Below, one piece after another: positions 11,566 through 24,300 of a DNA stretch of 39,636 nt. Both the position numbers and the translations under genes were made by a program. Below the pieces are notes generated by a model. The model saw nothing but the letters and a program-made list of their open reading frames with translations, was not told the origin of the DNA and did not search any database. The DNA comes from Paraphysomonas bandaiensis (taxonomy: Eukaryota; Protista; Chrysophyceae), in assembly GCA_965644295.1 (NCBI GenBank), contig CBFFRP010000063.1, positions 1-39,636 on the forward strand. Direction: 5' to 3'. Position 1 is the stretch's first letter, and each line of letters starts with the position of its first letter.

Positions 11566-12222
11566 AGTAATACTTTGTCCACTGTATGAGTACTGCTGTA
11601 TGTTTGTATAGCTATTAATGTATGGAGAGACACGATTTGTATGTGTATACATGTACGATGTACGTCTCTACTCACAACTAACTATTTGAAATACTCGAAC
11701 ACATACTATGTGCGTACTACACCACTCGCCAGTACTACAACTGTGTGGTAGGTACGTACCACAAACAGAAGTATGCATGTGTTTTCAAAAAGTTACAAAC
11801 CTTCCGAGTACAAATGCATCTGTTTTTAAAAAATCAAATAGACGTTTGTAAAAAAAAGGAAAATGTTCTAGAAAACCACTAATTTTTGAAATATATTTCG
11901 AATTTTCAAAAATCAATCTACACGTACACCAGCAATGCTGTGAGGTACACTGTAACAGTCATCTACATACGCACAGGTGAACGAGTTTCCAGTTTTTTTA
12001 CATCGTAATTTCTTACATCGAAATTATCCCAATTTTTACATAAAAAACACTCCTTTCCCGAAACTCCAAAATTCTCATACTCTGCTCTTAACTATGAAAT
12101 TAACGAGGGGAAGCCTTCACATATACTGTATATGGGGACACCCACAGCCACATCATATCATACCAGCACATGATATGCTGAAATATTATGAGTTTATAGA
12201 CTTATAGTGACGTACTCTACAT

Positions 12223-13264
12223 ATGATAGGCCTGTTTGTTCTTCTTGTTTCTTTATCCTCAGCTATAGGCTCTTCGGCTTCATTTGGAGTGTGCCTGACG
12301 ACTATTCCTCCTAGATTCTCCACAGTGCATCATGTAGTGTCGTCCTGGCTATCTCAGGAGATCCCCCCTGCCACTATAGCCATATTTGTTCCGCGTAAAT
12401 ATAAGAACTTTATCAGTGAGAGTCCGGTATTAAATCTTATATTTAAATAGTGTGTGTCTCACCGATATGCAGAGGGACAAGTCCAGGAATATAGCAGCTC
12501 TAACAAACGAGCTGAAGAAACACTTCCCTGCTGATATTGATAGTAGAAGAATCATTGTGCAGGCTATGGATCAAGACTGGGGGCCAATAACGAAATATGC
12601 GGGTTTGTTGCAGCACTTCCAGGAATTAGACCCCAGCGGTGATATCGATTATTGGGTAATTGGAGATGATGATGTCAGATACTTGGACACTACGCTCTCA
12701 GACTACTGGCGGCGTATTCAGGATGGTGCACCCCCTGTACCAGTACTAACACACTTCAAGATTGAATCTCGAGTGAATGTGAACATTACTGGCGTCTTCA
12801 CTCCAGTGCAGCATATTCAGGGTGTCGACACAGTTCTGCTTCCTCGCCATTTACTTTTACAACAAGCGAAGAGTAATGGCGTTCTTTCGCACGATATATT
12901 CACAACGGGTGTAGAGGAGTTTCATAAAGTCTGTCCTGATTCTTTCTACCAGGATGACTACATAATGTCGTTCCTTGTGGCGATTAGTGGTGCCTCGGTG
13001 GAGTCCGTATGGACAGGTGGCAAGGTAGCGCACCACGTCACTGGAGTTTCGAAGTCGAATCAGCAGATGCACATACACCCGAACGTATTCAAGTGAGTAT
13101 ATGTGAAAGTGTTTACTGTGAGAATAATAATCGTATGTAGACGTGAGGAGACGGCAAAGGCTTGTACCATAGTACATGGAAGTCGAGTTAAAACTTTCCT
13201 AGATACAATACGAAATGCATCGAAAGAGGGAACCCTCAGCGGGACTCGTGCTTCAGAGCTTTAG
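12223..13264 (+). CDS. Secreted-pathway GT-A-like glycosyltransferase, 3 exons (probable introns 12427-12472 and 13093-13140)
   Basis: Signal peptide MIGLFVLLVSLSSAIG. Motifs CLTTIPPR, DWGPITK, a DxD-type IGDDDVRY, QGVD and YQDDYIMS. Splicing restores frame to the stop at 13262-13264. Confidence 0.72.
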
Positions 13265-13668
13265 ATATAATAGTGCAGTGGATTGTTTATAACCCTGATG
13301 ATATTTTCTATACACCAGAGTAGTATAGCCATTGATCCTATTGAATTTTAAATAAGGAATGGATGAAAATATGTCAGTGACGGGCGACGGGATATAAGTA
13401 TTTTATAAGTTGTCATTAGAGTACAATATTTAAACTATATGTTATTATAGACAATCATTTCATTGTTATGTTTATCTAAAAACAAAAAGCACACTGTGCA
13501 GAGGCACCGAAAGTATTCATCAGACAGAAAATAAGCAAAGCGCTTCTTGAATACTACTTAAATACTAGTTTTATTTGTGTGATATTTGTACAGCCTTGAT
13601 ACTTCGATGGTTCTGGAAGAAAATAATTCGCTGAAATAACGTACTGAGCAAGAGACGCTAGGCCAAAA

Positions 13669-13872
13669 CAGGGATAGGGAACAATATATTGCAATACTAT
13701 TGTTAGATAGCGTTCCATCAATAGTATTGATGGATTTTTTAAACCGGTCCTACAATACAATTACAATATATTGCAATAGTATTGTGAGCTCTTTAAACAG
13801 AAACACTATTGATTGAATATTTGACCAGTCCACCAATCAATATATTTTACAATATATTGTTCCCTATCTCTG
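13669..13872. mobile_element. Intact 204-bp hAT-type MITE with 8-bp target-site duplication
   Basis: TIRs cagggatagggaacaatatattg and caatatattgttccctatctctg (1 mismatch in 23). Flanked by GGCCAAAA at 13661-13668 and 13873-13880. Confidence 0.9.
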
Positions 13873-14594
13873 GGCCAAAACAATAGTATTTAGTGCGTTG
13901 TCACTCACCGATAAAGTGTTCGACTGAGATCATTCAGAGAGGAAATAAAGGTTGATAGTTTATCTCAGGGAACATATAGAATTGTAAGCAACCTCTCCAT
14001 CGATAATATTGCAATATATTCTAACCGATAATAATATTCCCAACAATACTATTGTTCTGCTTTACAGTGTGATGGACGAATGCACTGCCATTTCATGAAA
14101 TACATCTCAATGTTAGTCCATTTGACAATGCTTGGCTCGATAATTATTCTCCTTTGCCGTACATGATCATATCAGTGCATGTTAAAATCCATGTTTAACA
14201 GTATTTGGTATGATGGCAGTTGTCATCCTAATTTGTGATCTGGACTTATTGTACTGCCACACCATCCCTCATACTGATGCACTGCGTTGCTCATGTTTGT
14301 CATGAGCTCATTGCTGAGTATCGTTTGAGTGACGACAGCAATTTCAGAGTGAGCGAGCGAGCGAGCGAGCAATACCATCTCAGCCAATCACAGCCGACTG
14401 TTGTGGGAGGATGTACTGCTGGAGAGATGTACCGCTGTATACATAGTATGGTTATGTACTGATATACCGCCGTATGCGTCGACCTGTACTGCTGTGTACA
14501 CTGTCCCGCTATACAGGCAGGCAGGATATCTCGCTCCATATGTATGCCTGTATGCATAGTGCATAGGTAACTCCACTGATAAATCATCTGAAAT

Positions 14595-15822
14595 ATGGCA
14601 CACCACAACTCAGAGAGCTTAAAGATAGCATGTGTAGGTGCGGGATCAATCAGCAGAGAGTTCTGTATGAGATATCTGAAGGATGGAGTAGAAGTAACGG
14701 CTGTGGTTGATATCAACACAGAGGCTGCCTCTCTACTTGCACGAGATGTTGAGCTACGTAAAGCCGGTGCAGTGGTAGAGGGATCCAAGTATCGAGAGAC
14801 AGTTCGAGTGGTTGATGGCGATGAAATGGAGAGTGTGATCCCAGTGACAGTCTCACATCAGCTGCATGATGTCTTGCCATCTGTGGACTGTGTATACATC
14901 GGAACCCCTCCGTCCTCTCATTGTGCACTTGTTCTTCAAGCTCTTGCAGCAGGGAAGCATGTATTACTAGAGAAACCGCTCGCGGTTTCAATGGAAGATT
15001 GTAACGCCATTGTGGACGCCGCCCATGATGCCTACACATCACGTGGGCTGATAGTCAATGTCAATATCGGGATGAGATTCAATCAAGCTATTCATCAGAT
15101 AAAATCTCACATAAAAGATCCTAGTTTTGGTGATGTTGCTTCGATATCGTTACGGCTACATTTCATGCAGTGGCCACGGCCGTGGCAACAACAACTTTGG
15201 GTTGGTCAGAGGGCTGAGGTATGTTGTTCACTGATGTGAGAAATGTGCTGTGAAACGCGTGAGAGACTTTTCTGATGTGCAGAGTAATATATTCCTATGC
15301 GTGTCGAGGCTATGACTCTTCCTTTTTTCTAACAATTTCATAATGCAGGGTGGCCCTTTGTTGGAGGTTGGGACTCACTGGCTGTTTGGCGTGCAAGAAA
15401 TAATGGGGCACGATTGCTTTGAATCTGCATCGTGCTCCACTCTGTATTCAGATGGACCCAACGGTATCCTCTGTGAGTCCGTTGTCAAGGGTACGGTTTC
15501 TCTCCAGGGTGGGGTAATGATGAATATCGATATTTGCTCTTCAAGTGATGAGGCGAAGTCTAAGGGGAAGGACATATATGAGCTCGTGATAACCGGTAGT
15601 GGAGGATTATCACTGGTGCTTTATGATTTCACAAAATTGCGAAGAATACTTCCACATGGTGAAATTGAAGAACTTATACCAGAAGGGGGATCATATGGGC
15701 GAGTGGAGTGTGTTCAGGAATTTGTTAAGGCAATCAGAGGATCTGTTGACGCAAATCTTGTGACTCCAGAGCAAGCTAGAAATGTTCAAAGTATAATACA
15801 CGCCATAAAAAGCTCCGGCTAA
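14595..15822 (+). CDS. Gfo/Idh/MocA family NAD(P)-dependent oxidoreductase, 2 exons (intron 15219-15348)
   Basis: Rossmann motif VGAGSIS; VYIGTPPSSH; AGKHVLLEKP; GGPLLEVGTH. Confidence 0.9.
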
Positions 15823-17560
15823 AATTGCTTGTTCTTTACTTTACCACACTGTAACAATACATTGTGATTTTTTGAACTGTGTGCTCCATGAATATTTATA
15901 TAAGAAGTAATCTAGAGGTACGCATGCAGAATAAGCCTACCTTGGTAATTCCCGCACCGGATATACTGCATAATGCATGCCTCAACACTTTTTATGGTAC
16001 GTTAAATCAGCACATAATGGTTTATGATCAATGAAAGATTGACTGACTTACCACTTTATTCTTGCTACGTTTATACTAAACAACAATATTCTATATCTTT
16101 ATGAGCATAATAGTTTTGCACTCCTCTTTAAGATTTAAGAAATAGTCGATCCCATTTATTCTTTAATCAAAAGAGTTCCATTATAGTTTTAGCCTAGGAC
16201 AGTTCCTTCAAAGTATACTACCAGTGGTTTCGTAGTGTGTCATAAAATTGTGTTGCTGATTTCTTTAACAGAATATTGCATGTTGACAATTAGAAATTAG
16301 AAGCAAAGATTACTTGACACTTATCATTCAAAATTCAAGTCGTTTACCACATTGACGTTGTCACTTCTGTCAATCAAATTTGTGATACTGTCTTTTAACT
16401 ACCGTATTCTGCTTTCAAGCGATGTAATCCTGAAACCTTAAATTACTTGCAGAAAAGCTATTTTGTATTTTGTGACCAAAACGTTACTGTTTTAACTATG
16501 GAAGAGAACGCACGAATTTTGAACTGATATCTTAGTATTTGATCATTAGCTAAAACTGAGGCACATTTTAGCTAATGATAAGCGCATTGTAGCAAATTAT
16601 CAACTATATTAACCATGTATACCACATCACTCCCGGCACACAGCTATATTGCAGACGTCTGAGTCAAAAAGCGGCCTAGATGTCCATCAGTTCTACCTTC
16701 ACAGATATCAAGCCAATTTGTAGGTGCACATATATCCTTGGAGATTACGCTCTAGCACGGGCATTAGAACATGCGATTTATGCCACGAAAGGCAGGTCTA
16801 TCACTCAAGTGGTTTAGCAACGAGTATAACATAGCAGAAGCACAAGTGCCATCTAGGTGTGTTCGGTTGGTGGGGTCGGAATAGAATGCTTTCAAACTTG
16901 AGATGTAGGCAGATGTTTTCTTGGGTTGCTGAGGTTGTTACTCCCTTAAGCAAGAAGGACTGGTATACACCCATATCAGTACTAAAACGCATGCATATAT
17001 TAGGATTAATATACGCACTTTACTCTCTTCCGATGCACAGTGGGAGGTTCCACTTAAGGACACTATCACATGGACTCAACTAGAGTTCCACTTCATGAGA
17101 TACACTGTACAGCCGCATCATATCCATGTGGATGTGCTTATGGATGATGCTGGAAGCTGTGAGCAGATCAAGCAAACAAGCAACACTTCATGAAGTTGAA
17201 AACTAAAAATGGCATGTTTTGAGGAGTTTAAATTTCGAAAAGTGGATAATCAAACTCAAAAAAACAAAGTGTACAGCAGTGGTACAATGGAATAGATGCA
17301 TCTGGAGATGAACTTGCGGACTTGGATTCTACCACTCCTCTGTACCATATGCATGCCTACAGAGTATGTATATGTATATGTCTGTATACTGCTGTGTACA
17401 TGGCGGGCTGTGTGCAGTGCTACTATACCCGCATATACAGCATATATATATATATATATATTACACAGCATATCAATACCTTGCCATTGCCCCGTCCCTG
17501 CGCAGTCGCAATTCGCTGAAGCGACTCAATCACTAGCATTACGGGAGTGATAATTGAGCC

Positions 17561-20028
17561 ATGAGCACGAAGCGGCGCGTGTCTTATTTCTATCAGGGAG
17601 ATGTCGGTTTATATTACTATGGGCCCGGCCACCCCATGAAACCCCATAGGTGAGACACACTGGCCTGCTGCTGATAATATCATGTGTGTATGACAGGCTT
17701 CGCATGACCCATCAGCTGCTACTGGCTTATGGGCTGTACAGGAAGATGGAGGTCTATGTAAGTGCGTGTGTTTGTTGTGTTGGGATTCTTATGTGTTGTG
17801 TTATATAGAAACCAAAGCCAAGTACTGAGCAGCAAATGACTCGATTTCACTCCGAGGACTACGTGGATTTTTTGAAGAAAATATCTCCGGACAATATGAA
17901 GGTCAGTACATAGAATTGCGTTTAGTTTTCTCACTGAAGAGTACATGTAGCAATATGCGAGCTCCATGCAGAAGTATAATATTGGAGAATACACAGATTG
18001 TCCCGTATTTGATGGATTATTCGAGTTTTGCCAAACATACACAGGTTTTTTCTTTTACACTGTTCGAATGTATTTGAATTCTTGGTCGCAGGATGTTCCA
18101 TGGATAGTGCAGTGAAGCTCAACCACGGCTTGACAGACATTGCCGTCAACTGGTCGGGTGGCCTCCACCACGCCAAGAAAATGGAAGCTAGTGGGTTTTG
18201 CTACATCAACGATATTGTTCTAGCCATTCTGGAACTTCTAAAGTACCACCCGAGAGTGCTGTATATTGACATCGACGTGCATCATGGTGATGGTGTGGAG
18301 GAAGCCTTTTATACAACAGATAGGTATGTGCTTGGTAACAAGTTATTTTGTGACATGGCCCTGTACTTCACTGTGTGCTGTATTTTTTAATTCTATATCC
18401 CAGGGTAATGACAGTATCGTTCCACAAATATGGTGACTTTTTCCCGGGTACTGGAGACATCCGGTAAGTCACGTATTGCAGCGCGAAACTATCAATTTAT
18501 GCGCATATCTTAACAACTGGCTGTTTAATTGCTGTTGTGTCAACTTATGCTACGCGGCTAGAATCACTAACTATGACATGCTATGAAGGGATATCGGGGT
18601 AAAGGGTGGCAAGTACTATAGTGTAAATGTACCACTTCAGGAGGGAATAGATGATGCCAGTTATCAGTCCATATTTAAACCCGTGCTGGAAAAAGTCATG
18701 GAGATATACCAGCCCACAGGTAAATATTTTCATGTCAGTGAAGCACGATTCCGACATGCGGACGTCTCCTTGCGCGACCTTTTTAGTGTGCGTGTTTCTT
18801 ATCTGTTTGTGTAGCTGTTGTGCTACAATGTGGGGCGGATTCCCTAACAGGAGACAGACTAGGCGTTTTCAATCTCACCCTCGAAGGTAACACACTTCTG
18901 CCGATTTACTATGAGTACTTCGTTAACGATATTGACTTGATGTTAACAGGGCACGCGAGCTGTGTGGAGTTCATTAAATCGTTTGGACTTCCCACTCTCG
19001 TTCTAGGTGGAGGTGGATACACAGTTCGCAACGTAGCCAGGTAATCAGCTAAGCGATACTCCAGTATATTCTTTGTAACTTGTTGTGGTACCCCTATTAT
19101 GGTCGTATTTGGATGCATACTTGATACTGTTGACATTTTTGACTTTGTGTTTGATAATCGCTTCTGTGAATCAGATGTTGGGCGTACGAGACAAGTGTTC
19201 TGCTTGACACACCTGTAGCCAACGAACTGCCTTACAATGACTTCTTCGAGTACTACGCTCCCGATTTCAAGCTCCATCTCACACCGTCGAATATGGAAAA
19301 CCAAAACTCACCAGAAAGTTTACAGGTTAAGCAAAGTAGCTACTTGTATGACGAAAATAAGGCGATACGACTCTTAATATATGCCACTCTCTCGTTCATA
19401 TCTATGTTTATCCGTGTAACAACTCATTTCCAATTTTCTAAATATATGTTCTTTGTTCTGTAGGATATTACTTCGCGTGTGCTGCAGAATCTGAAGTGTC
19501 TGCAGGGGGCACCGTCCGTGCAGATGCACCCTATTCCTCCAGATTGGGTTATTGATCGAGCAACAACGCAGGTACATGTTTGTAATATGTCCTGCGAATG
19601 TTTGTGTATAGTTGAATTTATTAGTAGATTATGGTATACTTTGTATGTGATAGTTCTATTTGTTGACGGGAATACTGTAGGAAATTGAAGATAATGCCCC
19701 AGATCGGAGTACCCGCAACGACGAAGGCTTGACTCGGGATGGCGCCATCAAGAAAGAGCATCCTGCTGAATTCTACGATGGCCCGAAGGACCATGACAGA
19801 GGAGAGATGGAAACAAGTCAAGGGGCAACATCTCGAGAAAGCACAATGGGGCAGAAGGATAGCAGTGCTGAGGAGACAACTGTGGCTGTTTCACACGAGG
19901 ATGCCATGGAGGTAGATGAAAATGACGGAACTACTCAATCCAACGCTGCTATGGAGTCAACAGAAGCACAGCCAGAGGACACAATTACACCCACAGTGAA
20001 GATGGAAGATGATACCAGTATGGAGTAG
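17561..20028 (+). CDS. HDAC1: Class I histone deacetylase (RPD3/HDAC1-like), 12 exons, acidic C-terminal tail
   Basis: [67 protein letters not shown] and GGGGYT, assembled across 11 GT-AG introns. Confidence 0.95.
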
Positions 20029-21392
20029 TGTAGTGAATATCAATGCAATAGTACGGCAATGTACTAAGTAGTATGCTTTGTAAGGTGTTATGGGATATGT
20101 ACTTAGTCTCTGGGTCAATTGGTGACCTGTCTTTCAACTGCTGATATATGCGTTGATGCCTGATGGACTGAAGAAGTTAACAAATACAACTCATTTATCT
20201 GCAATATATATATGCGGTTTCTGTGTACATGCAAGCTTGGTGTTACCCAATCTTTCACGAGTTTTGATATCAAAACACATACTGTATACTCTTCTTTAAC
20301 AATCCCTAAGTTCTCTGTATTCCATATATGAAAGAGAAAATGGGCTATGACTTCTGCGTTCTGATCTATAAAAACTATATTGTTAGATTTGCACGGTTGG
20401 TTATTGGTTACGGCTGACGTTGTTATATACATTACTACTTTTGCAAATACGGCACATATAGAACTGGACATATACAAACAGTTAGCACTTCATTAAGTAC
20501 ATCTGTAGCTAATAAACCCTATAAGCTGACAGAGCGATAGTAAATTATATTTATAAGTTAAATTTCAAACTATCAACAGACGAGAATTATACATAACTGC
20601 GCATTCTCTTTTCGTCAAAAGAAATACATGGGAATGAGAATGGGTTTATATTTCGGCCAATCCTTGTATATGTACAAAAGTACAATTGACTCGACCATCA
20701 TTTCTAGCCTATTCGTCTTTGTGCGCTGTGCATTACCCTATTCACACATTGCTTTCTTCTCCCAGGAATGAATACGCATTGTCGCCAAAAGCAGCAGCAG
20801 CAATGCACATATAAAACCATCACAATGGACCAATTGGTAAAACTTCAAAACGTTTCAGAGGCCAGTTACGGTTCTCGGCTATTATGGATAGCGATTCAAG
20901 TCGCTCGAACGGGTTTTCATCAGTTGTTTGACGGGGTATATTGCACTGATAAAGTCACGATGACTCTTTCATCTACCGGATGCTCATGCCATACTCTTCT
21001 TGCTTATAACTTACGCCATACATACATATGCATCTTATTGATAGCCTGACTGCATTGAGGTGGTACTGACGGTTTTCGAATTTTTAGCATTAACCACTCA
21101 TAGAAATTACAGTTTTTCATAGTACAGTACTAAAAAAGGATCTTTTCTGTATATATAAAAATCCAAAAATCGGTCTTATTATAATTCAGTTTGACCCATC
21201 AAGATATGACGCTGTGGATTTCATTGTAACGGTTTTGGCCGTGTACAGTTCAGAGTGTGTATATACAGCAGCAGCCTGCAATTGCATGTCTATCAACTGG
21301 ATCCAAATCAGCCAGCTGATCTACTTTTGGTCTTGATCATATTCTCCTATATTCTGGTAGATTGCTGATAAGCACCCTGTACCCCTGGACTG

Positions 21393-24300
21393 ATGGGTCA
21401 AGTGTTTGGGGTTCCCGATACGCAGCCTGATTTTGTTGCATTCGTCAACTGTAAGTCTGCATAATGTAAGTGTATGCATCGACTGATATATCATTTCGTA
21501 GTGCCTCGTGAAGCAATTGAAAGCATATGGATGTCTTTCAACTTGCATGGTGAAGGTTGGGGGCTTGATTGTGACCAACTGAAAGAAATATTCCTCGGTG
21601 CAAGCTATATGAAAGATACTATAGGTAGCTTCTTGATATATGTTACGGATTTTTCCTACTCTTATCGACCAATAGGGTTCCAGATGGAGGATATTATAAA
21701 GCTTTTCAAATGCTTCGACACAGATGAGAATAATTTGATTGATGCACTTGAGCTGCTCATCACTCTTGCTCTTGCATCCGGTAGACTCACACGTGCAAAA
21801 CTTAGTCACTTTGATTATTATGTGCAGGAATGGATACCATCGATAAGCTGTTGTTCTGTTTCAGTATGTATGACTTTGATCAATCTGGCGAATTAAGTAA
21901 AGATGAAGTCTCGTTGTTGCTTCGAACGGCAGTGTCTGGCATGGGAAAAATATGTCACTTTGCGTTACCATCTTCTGAAGACCTAGAAAAAACAACGGAC
22001 TTGATATTCAAGGACGCGGATCGATCAAATGACCACAAGCTTTCTATATATGAATTTCAAACTTATTGTTGCATACACCCTGTTGTATCTAGTTGGTTGC
22101 GGTGCTACTCGTCTTTAGTTACGTCTTATAAGTGCCCAGATGAGGGACTAGACGATCCCGATGTCTCCAACATGACTTTCACCTTTGCATCGAAAAAAAG
22201 TAAACTTGTTCGTGCAAGCAGCTTCAAATCGCTTGCCTCAGTACCAACAAGTGAGCGTCCGTGGTTTAATACCGCTGATTTAATGCTGCCTGAGGAGATT
22301 CCAACAGTACGCCCTGATCCTCCTGAAGATATTCTCGAACCTGTGTGGTTGCACGGCCAGCGGTGTTTCGATGCAAGAGGAATGGTACGTTATGGTGCAA
22401 AAGGAAACATATTGTTTGTAACATCCGCGATTGGAGTCAATATGTCGAAAGATCCCGAAAGTGGTCATTGGAATCAAAAATTCATGTTTGATCACGATGC
22501 CCCGCTGACATGTCTAGACGTCGATAACTCATTGAGAATTGTTGCGACCGCTGATCGTGTGGATGGGGCACTTGGAGGTAACCAAGGAGAGGCAAAAATT
22601 ATTTTTTGGGACTCGATATCTAACATCCAGATTGGGTCAATATCTGTCACGGGTTGCCGAGGGATTCGCTATATAGATTTCTCCCCGGATGCGAAATTCA
22701 TCATTTGCCTCTCAACCGACGAGCAGAATTTTCTTATGATGTATGAGGTCGCCACACTGAGAATGGTATACTCTACCCATTTGGGTTCTGCAAAGATCAT
22801 GGATGTGAAATTTACACACTCCGATAGCATATTTGCAGTCGCTGGTTCTGAAGGAATCGACTTTTTCACTGAGGAAGGTGGAAGTTACATGTCATCAAGC
22901 GGAATGAAGATTTACGAAAAGCGACCAGGTTTATTTCAAGCCGTGGGTAGAGATGCTGCCGGTGTCGTAGTATCATGTCTAAGTGAATTTGAGCGATCAG
23001 ATGAAATGGTCAGTGGTGATGTAAATGGAAATGTTTTATTTTGGAGAGGTAGAAATTGTCTACAGCTTCTGAAGGCTCACAAATGTGCTGTCACCTCTAT
23101 GGCCTACTCTCATAACTCAAAGAAACTTGTTTCCGGTGGGAGAGATGGAAAAATCAATATATATAAGGTTGTCGATGAGCGGAAAAGGCCCGGCACTGCT
23201 AATCGTCGCCGCAATTCATTTCAAGCCCAGCCACAGAACGTCGGACGTACTATTGAGGTCGTGACTAGCTTTGATATGACTAGAGTTGACGTAGTGTGTC
23301 CGGAGATCCGGTCAGTCTCTCTGTGGGAGGACGGGAAGAGAGTTCTTGTTAGTGCGATAAGTGGAGAGATTGTTGAAATGTCATGTGTAGGTGCGACTGG
23401 AGCCATATCTGTGACAGATGTGGAAGGCGATGATGGGGAAAAGGTTCTCCGCGTGGGGGATGATGTAAACGGCGAACCGCTCCTTCGGGCGCACTGGGAA
23501 AAGTTTAGCCAACCTTCCGTGTACGGGCTGTGTAAACTGGCAGCAGGAGGATTTCTGTCTTGCGGCTCGGATGGGATGATTCGTCAGTGGCAAACTGGAG
23601 ATGAAGTACAGCACAAGGAAATTAAGCACGTTGAAATGGGTTCTGGGCTGCGTTGTATTACAACTTCAGCATCAAATATCGCTGTTGGAATGGACGGATC
23701 GAGAAACCAGGAACTCAATGGAACTGTTAAGGTGTTGGGCCTAGAGGACTTCAAATCTGTGGCAGATTTAAAGGATGCGACAGATATGATTACTGCTGTG
23801 GCATTCTCGCCAGATGGGAATGCTCTTGCTGCTGCCTCAGCGGATACGAATGTGTATGTGTACACATCCGCAGATGGTCAGTGGACACTCAAAGGTGCTT
23901 GTACAGGGCATTGTGGTGGTGTCATGAACGTTGATTTTTCTGCGGATGGGCAATTCATCCGCTCTAGTGACAGGACAGAAGAGCTCATCGTGTGGGACGT
24001 TATTGTTAACTTTGGAGCTCAGGTAACTGACCCCGAGACACTAAAACCGGTTACTTGGGCGACAAACACTGTACCATTATGTTGGGATCTCAAGGGCGTT
24101 TTTGACAGCTTGCGTGAGGGCGAAACCGTTGAATGTGTTGACCGTATGCATCACCTTGCTGTGTTGGGACTGTCGTCTGGCGCCATGATACTCAGTCGTA
24201 TTCCTGCATCGGTGACTCATGATCACCGACGAGAGGAAGCACATTGTGGCCGAATCTCTTGCGTCTGTTTCATTGATGATGGTGCTCGTATGGTCACCGC

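Noticed and set aside
16600-17200. Short ORFs upstream of the HDAC gene
   Set aside because: No recognisable domain or consistent splice model; possibly decayed TE, but not supportable.
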